Shown here: piece by piece, positions 1 through 11,901 of the stretch
How positions within the stretch are numbered: position 1 is the first letter of the stretch
How the letters are laid out: every line of letters begins with the position of its first letter
Assembly (NCBI GenBank): GCA_950097015.1
Contig: CATNEN010000009.1
Span: forward strand, 1,178,001-1,242,000
Direction: 5' to 3'
Source: Macrostomum hystrix
Taxonomy: Eukaryota; Animalia; Platyhelminthes
DNA: 64,000 nt
Made by a program: the position numbers and the translations under genes
Notes under the pieces: generated by a model
What the model saw: only the letters and a program-made list of their open reading frames with translations
Told to the model about the DNA's origin: nothing
Database searches by the model: none

Positions 1-160
1 ACACCTGTGTGAGCGTGTGCCTGCGTACAGTATCTGTGTGCGTGTGTTGCTCAGGAGTCAGCGAAATGGGCAGAATTGCCTCCTCGCTGGCTGTGGGTCT
101 AGTGTCAACAAATGATGTGCCACTGCCCACAGCCCTCCTGCAATTAATATTACTATTATA
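1..160 (+). mobile_element. tRNA-derived SINE, 3' part (cut by window edge)
   Basis: Matches 27430-27590, ending cctgcaatt plus an AT tail. Confidence 0.8.
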
Positions 161-206
161 AGGACATTGCTTAGGGACGCCTGACATAGCGGTTTCTGAA
201 ACTCAC

Positions 207-534
207 CGAGCACCGGAATCGAACCTTGGCGCCGTCGTAGAATGAGCAGCCCACAATGCTCAGCTGCAGATGGACAGCCGAGCTGTTGCCGAGCCGCTGG
301 CTGAGCGGCTCCCTGGAGCTCCACAGGCAGCCGTAGTCACCGTCGGCCGGTGGCAGGCCGCCAGTGAGTCGCCGAATTTTCGCTTCGACTGCGTCGTCCA
401 GTGGCGACAGGCCGGCTGGAGACTCCAGCCAGAGCCGCGCCTCGCCGGAGTACTCGGAGCTGCCGGCCAGCGCAGCCGCCAGGCGCTGCCGCTGGGCATC
501 GAACTGGGCGAGCCAGACCCGCCGAATGTCGGCG
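207..534 (-). CDS. Internal exon of an unidentified gene
   Basis: Acceptor cccccgcag|C and donor TCG|GTGAGT; open frame ADIRRVWLAQF...LQLSIVGCSFYDGAKVRFRCS. Confidence 0.65.
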
Positions 535-1767
535 CTGCGGGGGGGGGGCATTAAGCAGATTGACAAATCCCCGCTGTGTGTTTTCCTCTCCTCATTGTAC
601 CAGTATTTCTCCCCTCTGCTCTCCCCTCTGCTCTACCCTCTGCTCTCCCCTGTGCTCTCCTGTTTGTCTGCCCCTGAATTCAGTGCTTCGGATTCCATAG
701 TTCATGTTGGACTCTCAGTAATGAAAGTCAGAAAAGTCTTCCATTCGTGTCTCACTGTAGCCACCAAAACATTAAGGCAATACTGTAAATTATGCTCAAA
801 AGTTGCGAAACTTGGATCAGAAAATTATGCACAGAATAATAATAGGGATAAATTTGAGGCTAGGCTCAATCGCCATGTGGGCACCTGTGCGATCGCTCGC
901 CCGGCCTAGTCGTGCTGTTTTCGTTTTTTTCTGCTGCGAAAAACACAGAGAAGAAGAAATCTCTCATCAATCTCTCGCCTCTCATGCCGCCCGCAATGCA
1001 CCGCAACGGCCCAATTCAAACAATGGCGCCCCCCCGCTCGGCAACCGGAAACCGGGCGGCGTCCATGCGGGCCTCGCTGAGCACACAGCTCCCCCCTCCA
1101 GGCCTCATCAACGTAGCAGCCGCCTGCTGCATCTCGGCTCCTCTTCCTGAGATCCGCCAGGAAATGCGAGACCGAAAATGAGGCGCAGGCTGTGGGGTGG
1201 ATGGCATTTTAGAGGCTGGCTGTCGCAGCAGCTGATGAAGAGAGAATTCCCCCCGGGACATTGTTCCCCGCTTTGTCTAGAGATCCCAGAGGGAAGCTTT
1301 TAGTTTGAGAAGTAAAACAGCAAAAAGTTCGGCCTGGCCAGAAGCCTTCAACACAGCGGGCTTTTTCTTCCTAAATTCTTCCCAAAACCAACAGCCCAGT
1401 GCTCGGATGGGATTTCAGCGGCTACCGGGGCGGAGGGGCTTGGAGCTCAGGAATTCAATGCCGCATGTTTGCTTGGCAACGCTCCGTGCGGTTGAATGCC
1501 TTCAGGGAAATTGGACAAAGTGTTTAACCTGAGGTACTCAGTGCTCGATCACGGTCTGGCAATGGACTGATGCTTTTCAATGCCTGCAGAACTTTGCTTT
1601 TAGCCGCGATTACTGCAGCAATTTCAAGCCCTGATTTCACAACACATCCTTATTAAATGAGCACAGATTTGTCTACTGAGAACGTCAATTGATAGTAACA
1701 ACGCTTCAACACAAAAATATGAGCAGATATGTTGTCTGCCGCTGTGTTCTCCGTCTTCTCCAATAAC

Positions 1768-1815
1768 CCGTCTCTGATCGAGAGGTCGGGAGTTCGAATC
1801 TCAGCCGGAGGGACA
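1768..1815 (+). other. tRNA-like 3' half (possible decayed SINE head of a second family)
   Basis: gaggtcgggagttcgaatctc B-box/T-arm motif; no A box visible. Confidence 0.3.
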
Positions 1816-2099
1816 CAAATTGGGTCTTTGATCAAGACGATTAATTCCCCATCCCTTTTATGAATTAAAAAAAGCTGCAAAATGTGTACCGGCATTAAAG
1901 TACAGGTAAGAACTTGGGTGTGCGTAGCTTGCCCTGTCCCAGTCCATGGACTGAACAGCTGTACACGGAAAGTGTTGAGAAATCTAGAACCCACTCTCGC
2001 TGGGAGGAGAGAAGTCTTTTGGTGCTTTTACCATGTCAGGAAATTTACGTCCATGAAGGCAAACCCCCATGCGAACATTGGCAGGTGTACTAAAGCCAG

Positions 2100-2152
2100 T
2101 AATCTGTTATGTAATCTATTATGTAATCTGTTATGTAATCTGTTATGTAATG
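2100..2152. repeat. 12-bp tandem repeat aatctgttatgt
   Basis: About 4 copies, directly visible. Confidence 0.8.
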
Positions 2153-2190
2153 TTAAATTATTACCACGTACAACAATCGCTCTCACTCAC

Positions 2191-2550
2191 TCGGAGTAGA
2201 AACCCACCGGCAAAGCTGCTGTGTATGCCTTCGGCGGGTCCAAGAGACCAGAGGCTGCCGCAGCCACTGCCGCCGCCGCCGCTGCCGCTGTGGTGGCCGA
2301 CGATGCGTCGAGAAAGACGTCTGGGCGAAGCCACGCCGACGCTGTCGAAAGCTGCTGCTGCTGCCACCAGTACTGCTGAAGGAGCAGCAGTTGGTGCTGA
2401 TGCTGCAGCAGAGCCAGTGGTGGCAGCGACTTTCTCTGCGGCTTCGCCACTCGACCCATCGAGACACCTCCGCCGCCGACGCGGCCCTTGACGACTGGTG
2501 CTTCGTCAGCCAGCGCGCGATCGCCGGAGTTCCTCCTGGGAGCCGCTGTC
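2191..2550 (-). CDS. Exon of the same unidentified gene (5' boundary uncertain)
   Basis: Q/A-rich frame ending GLLDPPKAYTAALPVGFYS; donor GA|GTGAGT, phase 2, compatible with the exon starting at 534. Confidence 0.5.
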
Positions 2551-2567
2551 CTGATTTTAGGTCTATT

Positions 2568-3492
2568 AAATGTGTTTCTGGCTCTGTTGAATGTGTTTCT
2601 GGCTCTGTTGAATGTGTTTCTGGCTCTGTTGAATGTGTTTCTGGCTCTGTTGAATGTGTTTCTGGCTCTGTTGAATGTGTTTCTGGCTCTGTTGAATGTG
2701 TTTCTGGCTCTGTTGAATGTGTTTCTGGCTCTGTTGAATGTGTTTCTGGCTCTGTTGAATGTGTTTCTGGCTCTGTTGAATGTGTTTCTGGCTCTGTTGA
2801 ATGTGTTTCTGGCTCTGTTGAATGTGTTTCTGGCTCTGTTGAATGTGTTTCTGGCTCTGTTGAATGTGTTTCTGGCTCTGTTGAATGTGTTTCTGGCTCT
2901 GTTGAATGTGTTTCTGGCTCTGTTGAATGTGTTTCTGGCTCTGTTGAATGTGTTTCTGGCTCTGTTGAATGTGTTTCTGGCTCTGTTGAATGAGTTTCTG
3001 GCTCTGTTGAATGTGTTTCTGGCTCTGTTGAATGTGTTTCTGGCTCTGTTGAATGTGTTTCTGGCTCTGTTGAATGAGTTTCTGGCTCTGTTGAATGTGT
3101 TTCTGGCTCTGTTGAATGTGTTTCTGGCTCTGTTGAATGTGTTTCTGGCTCTGTTGAATGAGTTTCTGGCTCTGTTGAATGAGTTTCTGGCTCTGTTGAA
3201 TGTGTTTCTGGCTCTGTTGAATGTGTTTCTGGCTCTGTTGAATGTGTTTCTGGCTCTGTTGAATGTGTTTCTGGCTCTGTTGAATGTGTTTCTGGCTCTG
3301 TTGAATGTGTTTCTGGCTCTGTTGAATGAGTTTCTGGCTCTGTTGAATGTGTTTCTGGCTCTGTTGAATGTGTTTCTGGCTCTGTTGAATGTGTTTCTGG
3401 CTCTGTTGAATGTGTTTCTGGCTCTGTTGAATGTGTTTCTGGCTCTGTTGAATGTGTTTCTGGCTCTGTTGAATGTGTTTCTGGTTCTGTTG
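2568..3492. repeat. 21-bp minisatellite aatgtgtttctggctctgttg
   Basis: About 44 near-identical units. Confidence 0.97.
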
Positions 3493-3610
3493 ATTGTCTG
3501 CTTTGGCTCTGAACTGAGCAACTCACCTTCACTCAACTCCAGAGCCTAGGGTGAATTCTGCAATCGATCTCGGCTGTGAAGTTGCGAGTCCCAAGAACAG
3601 CTGGTCTCAC

Positions 3611-3656
3611 CTGAGTAGTCACTGATCTGCTCGAGTTGATCAGCTTGAAAGCGATT
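3611..3656 (-). CDS. Possible 46-nt microexon (NRFQADQLEQISDYS)
   Basis: Strong acceptor ctttttcttag and donor CAG|GTGAGA; phase link to the next exon not resolved. Confidence 0.3.
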
Positions 3657-3884
3657 CTAAGAAAAAGCAGATCGCTTGCGGCTGATGAAGCCCAGCACCT
3701 GGCTGGCTGGGCGAATCGCTGCAGCTCAGCAGCACAAAGAGTCCTCAATCATGTGCATCTCATTGGCTCACCTGGACTCGCAATTTTCTGGCAATCGCTG
3801 TACAAAGTTTCGCAATGCACTACTTACCAAACAGTAGAGTAATTGTGTTTCCCAGTAAGCAGTGTTTAACAATATGTGATGAGA

Positions 3885-5480
3885 TGGTATGACATGGGAT
3901 TTCTGTTTGATGGGATGGGATTTCTGTTGATGGGATGGGATTTCTATTGATGAGATCGGATTTCTGTTGATTGGATTTCTGTAAATGGGATGGGATTTCT
4001 GTTTGATGAGATGGGATTTCTGTTTGATGGGAATGGATTTTTTATTGGTGGGATGGGATTTTTGTTGATGGGATGGGATTTTTGTTGATCGGATGGGATT
4101 TTTGTTGATCGGATGGGATTTCAGTTGATAGGATTTCTGTATATTGGATGGGGCTTCTATTGATGAGATGGGATTTCTGTTTGATGGGATCGGATTTCTG
4201 TTGATTGGATTTCTGTAAATCGGATGGGAATTCTGTTGATGAGATGGATTTTTTGCTAATGGGATGGGAATTCTGTTGATGGAATGGGATTTCTGTTGAT
4301 GGGATCGGATTTCTGTTGATGGGATCGGATTTCTGTTGATTGGATTTCTGTAAATGGGATGGGATTTCTGTTTGATGAGATGGGATTTCTGTTTGATGGG
4401 AATGGATTTTTTATTGGTGGGATGGGATTTTTGTTGATGGGATGGGATTTTTGTTGATCGGATGGGATTTTTGTTGATCGGATGGGATTTCAGTTGATAG
4501 GATTTCTGTATATTGGATGGGGCTTCTATTGATGAGATGGGATTTCTGTTTGATGGGATCGGATTTCTGTTGATTGGATTTCTGTAAATCGGATGGGAAT
4601 TCTGTTGATGAGATGGATTTTTTGCTAATGGGATGGGAATTCTGTTGATGGAATGGGATTTCTGTTGATGGGATCGGATTTCTGTTGATGGGATCGGATT
4701 TCTGTTGATTGGATTTCTGTTGATGGGATGGGATTTCTGTTGATGGGATGGGATTTCTGTTGATGGGATGGGATTTCTGTTGATTGGATTTCTGTAAATG
4801 GGATCGGATTTCTGTTGATGGGATGGGATTTCTGTTGATTGGATTTCTGTAAATGGGATGGGATTTCTGTTGATGAGATGGGATTTCTGTTGATTGGATT
4901 TCTGTAAATCGGATGGGAATTCTGTTGATGAGATGGATTTTTTGCTAATGGGATGGGAATTCTGTTGATGGAATGGGATTTCTGTTGATGGGATCGGATT
5001 TCTGTTGATGGGATCGGATTTCTGTTGATTGGATTTCTGTTGATGGGATGGGATTTCTGTTGATTGGATTTCTGTTGATGGGATGGGATTTCTGTTGATG
5101 GGATGGGATTTCTGTTGATGGGATGGGATTTCTGTTGATGGGATGGGATTTCTGTTGATTGGATTTCTGTAAATGGGATGGGATTTCTGTTGATGGGATG
5201 GGATTTCTGTTGATTGGATTTCTGTTGATGGGATGAGATTTCTGTTGATGGGATGGGATTTCTGTTGATTGGATTTCTGTTGATGGGATGAGATTTCTGT
5301 AAATGGGATGGGATTTCCGTTGATTGGATTTCTGTAAATGGGATGGGATTTCTGTTGATGGGATGGGAGTTCTGTTGATTGGATTTCTGTAAATGGGATG
5401 GGATTTCTGTTGATGGGATGGGAATTCTGTTGATGGGATGGGAATTCTGTTGATGGGATGGGAATTCTGTTGATGGGAAT
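3885..5480. repeat. Complex gggatttctgttgat satellite with a 369-bp higher-order duplication
   Basis: Variant landmarks recur at 4041/4410 and 4141/4510. Confidence 0.95.
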
Positions 5481-6035
5481 TGTATCACACACGCATGTGT
5501 ATTTCACGATGTGTAACAACTTTAATGTTTGTATATGCATCAAGCTCATTTTCTTTAGCTAAAAATTCTTAATGAGTTGAGCTCAAATTAAAGAAAAAAA
5601 GAAGATTTCATGCTTATCACTGCCCTAGAAAGTAGTGAGGCAGGCATGTAGCTACTGTTTAGTATCGATTTCCTCTGCAAATGAATCGAATAAGAAATAA
5701 TATCACTAACGCATGAGAATGCAGGTCTATATGAAAACGAATTCTTGTTACGCATGGCTAATTGAAAGAATTAATTTGTGTACAAGGAATTACCCTTCAA
5801 TTTGGCTTGCTACTGGAATAAAAATTTGGAAATGAGAACAATGGCGAGTGTCATTGGCGGATCATCAGAAAATGGATAAAACTCAACAGCAATTGAAATA
5901 ATCCTTTTGACTCTCATAGATATTTCTAAGGAAAGCTTGGACCAATTAGATAAATAATTGCTAATTAACAAAACAAATTGTTGAAACCAAGTGTCAATTT
6001 CTATTCTCGCCTGCACCTGCTAGACTCTTGAGAGT

Positions 6036-7100
6036 TCATTCCTCTCTGCTCGGGGTGAATCGAACCTCTGCCCAGATCGGAGCATGAGTCGTGTATTCCT
6101 CGACTTGCATCTCATTCATTATCTTCTTGGCGCCGAAGCTGGCCGATCCCTTAGATCGCTGATCAATCAGGGCGAAGTTGTCGATCACCTCAGTTTCGGC
6201 CTCGTTTGTATAACCTTCGATGAAAGCTAGCTTAGATTGGTCGATTGGGATTGTCAAATCCTTGAATTCATCTTCAATTTTCTGTGGCGTCATGTTCCAA
6301 TCGCCACCAATGATGACCAAGTCTGCATCCTTACAGCATTCCTTAATAGCTTTTTTAATGCAGCCATAAGCCGTTTGTTTGCCTTTCGTGCGTGGCAGAT
6401 GCACAGAGAAGTAGGCCAAGAGCATATTGTTCGCTTTCATCTTGAGCTTCGTTAAGAGATAGCGGCCTTCGTCGGAGGCGGGATAATTGGATTGCAATTC
6501 CCAGATATCTTTGTTGTAGGCTGTGACTATTCTATCTGCAGATTTATCATTGAAACAGTGCGAATGCTCAGTCCAACTTTTACCTAAATTTTCACAAAAA
6601 CTTGTTAGCGCAAGTCTGCCACTCCACTCAGAAATCGTAACTATGCTGGGTTGTACTTTATCGGGCACAAGTTCTGCCGCCTCCATCGCCTCCCGCATTG
6701 CAGTCTCGGAATGCTCTGTAGCACTTTTTGCTGCCTCCTGTGCCGCCTGCCATGACACTGAAGCCGCCTCCTTTGCTGCCTTGTTTGCCTTTTTCCATTT
6801 TGCTTTAACTGTTGCATCTTGTGCCGCAGTGGTCTCATTTGCTGCCTTCTTAGCAGCCTCAATAGCCTTCGTAGCAGCCTCGATAGCCGCCTTCGCCTGC
6901 CTGGACGCATGCTGTGAGACGTGCAAAGCCGTCAGGGCTTCCGCCTTCTTCGGCAAGGCTGCCTGCGCTGCCGCCAGCTTTGCAATTTCGTGCAGTCCAC
7001 CGGCCAGTTTGTCGCCTTTCAGTTGCTCTTTTCGTTTTGAAGCATCCGCGTTGATGGCCAGGGCCATGAACTTGACGTCTTTGCGTTCGCCGTCCGCCAT
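6036..7100 (-). CDS. Stand-alone EEP-superfamily (DNase I/APE/CCR4-like) nuclease/phosphatase with an Ala/Lys-rich helical insertion
   Basis: 354-aa intronless ORF with ordered EEP motifs: AIN, PSIVTISE, GRY, SVHLP, IIGGDWN, IDNF, TTHAPI. No RT ORF adjacent. Confidence 0.75.
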   Translation of the reverse strand: MADGERKDVKFMALAINADASKRKEQLKGDKLAGGLHEIAKLAAAQAALPKKAEALTALHVSQHASRQAKAAIEAATKAIEAAKKAANETTAAQDATVKAKWKKANKAAKEAASVSWQAAQEAAKSATEHSETAMREAMEAAELVPDKVQPSIVTISEWSGRLALTSFCENLGKSWTEHSHCFNDKSADRIVTAYNKDIWELQSNYPASDEGRYLLTKLKMKANNMLLAYFSVHLPRTKGKQTAYGCIKKAIKECCKDADLVIIGGDWNMTPQKIEDEFKDLTIPIDQSKLAFIEGYTNEAETEVIDNFALIDQRSKGSASFGAKKIMNEMQVEEYTTHAPIWAEVRFTPSREE

Positions 7101-7108
7101 CCTTCAAC

Positions 7109-7140
7109 CTTGATAATGATAAAATGCGGGTCAGTCAGGC
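7109..7140 (-). promoter_or_regulatory. 3' splice (or trans-splice) acceptor 8 nt upstream of the EEP ATG
   Basis: CTGAC branch-like motifs, T-rich tract, then CAAG|GTTGAAGG-ATG. Confidence 0.55.
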
Positions 7141-7145
7141 CGTCC

Positions 7146-7372
7146 CTGACCCCAGTCCCTGATTCCAGTCCCTGATCCCAGTCCCTGATCCCAGTCCCTG
7201 ATCCCAGTCCCTGATCCCAGTCCCTGATCCCAGTCCCTGATCCCAGTCCCTGATCCCGATCCCAGTCCCTGATCCCAGTCCCTGATCCCAGTCCCTGATC
7301 CCAGTCCCAGATCCCAGTCCCTGATCCCAGTCCCTGATCCCAGTCCCTGATCCCAGTCCCTGATCCCAATCC
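7146..7372. repeat. 13-bp minisatellite gatcccagtccct (array 1, intronic)
   Basis: Directly visible. Confidence 0.95.
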
Positions 7373-7377
7373 CTCAC

Positions 7378-7721
7378 CAAAGGCAGCCAGTCAGCAGGGC
7401 AGTCCACTCAGATTAGCTGTCAGCAATTGTCGACTCGGCACAGCAACTGGGAGTGTCCAGGCGCAGCTCAGAAGTGGCCAAGCGAATTCTGCCTGTTCGC
7501 TCATATACTCGCATACCCGCAGCATTTCGCCGCGCGGGACAGCTGAATCTTCACTCACGGCTGCAGCGCAGGAGAGGGGACGGTCGGAGACGGTCAGTCC
7601 CTCTGATCCAAGCCAGCGGGCAGCAGCTCGGCACAATAGCTGGGGCACCCAGTAGAGTAGTATTGAAGACTGGACTTCCTCGTCTTCCCCACTGCTTTCC
7701 AACTCCTTTAGTATTTTGTAG
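7378..7721 (-). CDS. Putative terminal coding exon of an unidentified upstream gene (stop at 7391-7393)
   Basis: Acceptor ttgtgttttatttctag|C; about 110 protein-like codons (YKILKELESSGEDEEVQSSILLYWVPQLL...); donor TTG|GTGAGG 13 nt after the stop. Confidence 0.45.
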
Positions 7722-8212
7722 CTAGAAATAAAACACAATTTCGGTGCGCGCAACTCAAAGCCAACCCGCGTTCCAAGCAGCCGCCAGCTGCTACCACAAG
7801 CCCCAAGTCGCCTTGCTGAAAATGACTGCCTTTACGAGCTTCCATGCAATCGATTCTCTCCATGCACTCGCTTGAAGCATTTTTTCCTTTGAAGCCGTCT
7901 AAGCACTTCCGTGTCCCTGGATCTCGCTGCTAACACAGTAACATCTTGAACTAGCAATCGCAGAATGTGAGCGGCGAGTCTCAGAGGGTCTCAGATGCGA
8001 TGCTGCAGGCCACTCGCTGTCTCAAAAGTGCACCAGAAGAAGGGGAGCATCGATCTAAGACAAATGACGAGTAACAGTCTGTGAGCTCAACAGAGCAATG
8101 CAGTACATCCAGTATGTGCAGGGCCCCACGTTGAAAGTCTGATGCCGTATTACTGGGGCTGGCGCTGAATGCAGTCCAGGGCGGCACCGAGTATCGCGTC
8201 GTGTGTCCGGCC

Positions 8213-8895
8213 CAATCCCAGTCCCTGATCCCAGTCCCTGATCCCAGTCCCTGATCCCAGTCCCTGATCCCAGTCCCTGATCCCAGTCCCTGATCCCAGT
8301 CCCTGATCCCAGTCCCTGATCCCAGTCCCTGATCCCAGTCCCTGATCCCAGTCCCTGATCCCAGTCCCTGATCCCAGTCCCTGATCCCAGTCCCTGATCC
8401 CAGTCCCTGATCCCAGTCCCTGATCCCAGTCCCTGATCCCAGTCCCTGATCCCAGTCCCTGATCCCAGTCCCTGATCCCAGTCCCTGATCCCAGTCCCTG
8501 ATCCCAGTCCCTGATCCCAGTCCCTGATCCCAGTCCCTGATCCCAGTCCCTGATCCCAGTCCCTGATCCCAGTCCCTGATCCCAGTCCCTGATCCCAGTC
8601 CCTGATCCCAGTCCCTGATCCCAGTCCCTGATCCCAGTCCCTGATCCCAGTCCCTGATCCCAGTCCCTGATCCCACTCTTTGATCTCAGTCCGAGATCCC
8701 AGTCCCTGATCCCAGTCCGTAGTCCCATTCTCTGATCCCAGTCCCCAATCCCAGTCCCTGATCCCAGTCCCTGATCCCAGTCCCTGATCCCAGTCCCTGA
8801 TCCCAGTCCCTGATCCCAGTCCCTGATCCCAGTCCCTGATCCCAGTCCCTGATCCCAGTCCCTGATCCCAGTCCCTGATCCCAGCCCCTGATCCC
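8213..8895. repeat. 13-bp minisatellite gatcccagtccct (array 2)
   Basis: Same unit and orientation as 7146-7372. Confidence 0.97.
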
Positions 8896-9377
8896 TGGAG
8901 CTAATCGAGGCAAGTAATAAACTAAACTTAGACCCAGATGGAGTTCAGATCATTTATTTAAAAAAAATATTTTATAAAACTCACCAAAATGAATTGCGCG
9001 AGTCCACTTAGAACGCTTTGGCAACAAGATTCAGAAGCAAGTCACAATTATGGCCTCCGTCTCAGCCCATAGTTTTATAGATCAAGCATGAAAAAATGTT
9101 CTTTTCTGAGCTGAAGTCCTGTCGCTATGGACTCAAGAGCAATTCTATTTAGCCACACTGGCGGAGGGCTGGGCCAGTAAGGCCAGCCCAGTTTCCTAGG
9201 CCAGTAAGGAAATCTGTTCGGGAGCCCAGAAAATGCTGCACAAGCTGTACACCGGGATGAGAAATCGGAGTGAGCTGAGCATCTTGTTATATTACACTGG
9301 TACTGTGAAAGGACTTGGAACCTCCCCTTTGCCGGAGGACTTGTTGCCCGGGCAACAGCCGGTCGCCTGGGCCTCTA

Positions 9378-11275
9378 TGTAGGATTCATGTAGGATTCTT
9401 GTAGGATTCTTGTAGGATTATTGCAGGATTCTTGTAGGATTCTTGTAGGATTATTGCAGGATTCTTGTAGGATTCTTGTAGGATTCTTGTAGGATACTAG
9501 CAGGATTCTTGTAGGATTATTGCAGGATTCTTGTAGGATTCTTGTAGGATTATTGCAGGATTCCTGTAGGATTCTTGTAGGATTCTTGTAGGATACTAGT
9601 AGGATTCTTGTAGGATTATTGCAGGATTCTTGTAGGATTCTTGTAGGATTATTGCAGGATTCTTGTAGGATTATTGCAGGATTCTTGTAGGATTATTGCA
9701 GGATTCTTGTAGGATTATTGCAGGATTCTTGTAGGATTCTTGTAGGATTATTGCAGGATTCTTGTAGGATTCTTGTAGGATTCTTGTAGGATACTAGTAG
9801 GATTCTTGTAGGATTATTGCAGGATTCTTGTAGGATTCTTGTAGGATTCTTGTAGGATTATTGTAGGATTCTTGTAGGATTCTTGTAGGATTCTTGTAGG
9901 ATTCTTGTAGGATTCTTGTAGGATTCTTGTAGGATTATTGCAGGATTCTTGTAGGATTCTTGTAGGATTTTTGCAGGATTCTTGTAGGATTCTTGTAGGA
10001 TTATTGTAGGATACTAGCAGGATTCTTGTAGGATTATTGCAGGATTCTTGTACGATTCTTGTAGGATTCTTGTAGGATTCTTGTAGGATTCTTGTAGGAT
10101 ACTAGCAGGATTCTTGTAGGATTATTGCAGGATTATTGTAGGATTCTTGTAGGATTCTTGTAGGATTCTTGTAGGATTCTTGTAGGATTCTTGTAGGATT
10201 CTTGTAGGATTCTTGTAGGATACTAGTAGGATTCTTGTAGGATACTAGTAGGATTCTTGTAGGATTATTGCAGGATTCTTGTAGGATTCTTGTAGGATTA
10301 TTGTAGGATTATTGTAGGATTCTTGTAGGATTCTTGTAGGATTCTTGTAGGATTATTGTAGGATTCTTGTAGGATTCTTGTAGGATTCTTGTAGGATTAT
10401 TGCAGGATTCTTGTAGGATTCTTGTAGGATTATTGCAGGATTCTTGTAGGATTCTTGTAGGATTATTGCAGGATTCTTGTAGGATTCTTGTAGGATTATT
10501 GTAGGATACTAGCAGGATTCTTGTAGGATTATTGCAGGATTCTTGTAGGATTCTTGTAGGATTCTTGTAGGATTCTTGTAGGATTCTTGTAGGATACTAG
10601 TAGGATTCTTGTAGGATTCTTGTAGGATTATTGTAGGATACTAGCAGGATTCTTGTAGGATTATTGCAGGATTCTTGTAGGATTCTTGTAGGATTCTTGT
10701 AGGATTCTTGTAGGATTATTGTAGGATACTAGCAGGATTCTTGTAGGATTATTGCAGGATTCTTGTAGGATTCTTGTAGGATTCTTGTAGGATTCTTGTA
10801 GGATTCTTGTAGGATACTAGTAGGATTCTTGTAGGATACTAGCAGGATTCTTGTAGGATTATTGCAGGATTCTTGTAGGATTCTTGTAGGATTCTTGTAG
10901 GATTCTTGTAGGATTCTTGTAGGATTCTTGTAGGATTCTTGTAGGATTCTTGTAGGATACTAGTAGGATTCTTGTAGGATACTAGTAGGATTCTTGTAGG
11001 ATTATTGCAGGATTCTTGTAGGATTCTTGTAGGATTATTGTAGGATTATTGTAGGATTCTTGTAGGATTCTTGTAGGATTCTTGTAGGATTATTGTAGGA
11101 TTCTTGTAGGATTCTTGTAGGATTCTTGTAGGATTATTGCAGGATTCTTGTAGGATTCTTGTAGGATTATTGCAGGATTCTTGTAGGATTCTTGTAGGAT
11201 TATTGCAGGATTCTTGTAGGATTCTTGTAGGATTATTGTAGGATACTAGCAGGATTCTTGAAGGATTATTGTAGG
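9378..11275. repeat. 11-bp satellite ttgtaggattc with variants
   Basis: About 1.9 kb array. Confidence 0.97.
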
Positions 11276-11796
11276 ACTTATGGGGGTATGGGCGGGGTGG
11301 GCGAACAGTTGGTGAAGGGGTGGCTGGGGAGCGGTCGTCAAGGTAAAATAATAAACTGGAAACAGAGTGGGGACATTGTAATCGGATGCAGGCAGAGGAT
11401 TGAGGTGGCTGAGGAGCGGTTGTCTAGGCGACACAACAGACGCATACAGAAGAGCGGGAAACCAGTTGGAAGAATCCTTGCCGCCCAAGGACAATAGCCC
11501 CATGTGAATAGGAGAGTGGGTTGCCTGTCAGCTTAGAAGACCATTGAGTCACACAGCATTTTGCTCTGGGCTGCGTTCTGGGAGCGGGAAAGAGGGAACA
11601 AATGAACCTGAGGAGAGGCCTGGCTGGCATCCATTATACTTAGCAATGTAAAGTACAGAAGTGTTGGCTGAAAGGCGGGATGAGCAAACGCTCTGCAACC
11701 TGTCACCATGGAAACGGGCATCCAGGGGAGAGAGGTGCCGCGCAGCCAGTCTTCTCCGTTTCCTGGGCAGCATTGTGACTGCCGTCCTTTCATCAC

Positions 11797-11901
11797 TGGA
11801 TATGCCCGGTACATCACAGGATATGCCCGGTACATCACAGGATATGCCTGGTACATCACAGGATATGCCCGGTACATCACAGCATATACCCGGCACATCA
11901 C
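11797..11901. repeat. 21-bp repeat ggatatgcccggtacatcaca
   Basis: About 5 copies. Confidence 0.9.

Noticed and set aside
212-228. GGTTCGATTCC B-box-like motif on the - strand
   Set aside because: Lies inside a coding exon (KVRFR) just before a GTGAGT donor; no A box or cloverleaf
2183-5549. Long ORFs of 200-593 aa (STEPETH, LLNVFLA, PINRNPI repeats)
   Set aside because: Translations of 21-bp and complex satellites; open in several frames and on both strands
6036-7100. LINE ORF2 endonuclease fragment
   Set aside because: No RT domain or poly(A)/TSD nearby, His rather than Tyr in the SVHLP motif, clean start and stop with its own acceptor; not fully excluded without a search
7760-9100. Further exons of the gene upstream of the EEP ORF (donor GTGAGT near 8982; DPLRLAAHILRLL frame near 7990)
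   Set aside because: Could not assemble phase-consistent, stop-free exons by hand
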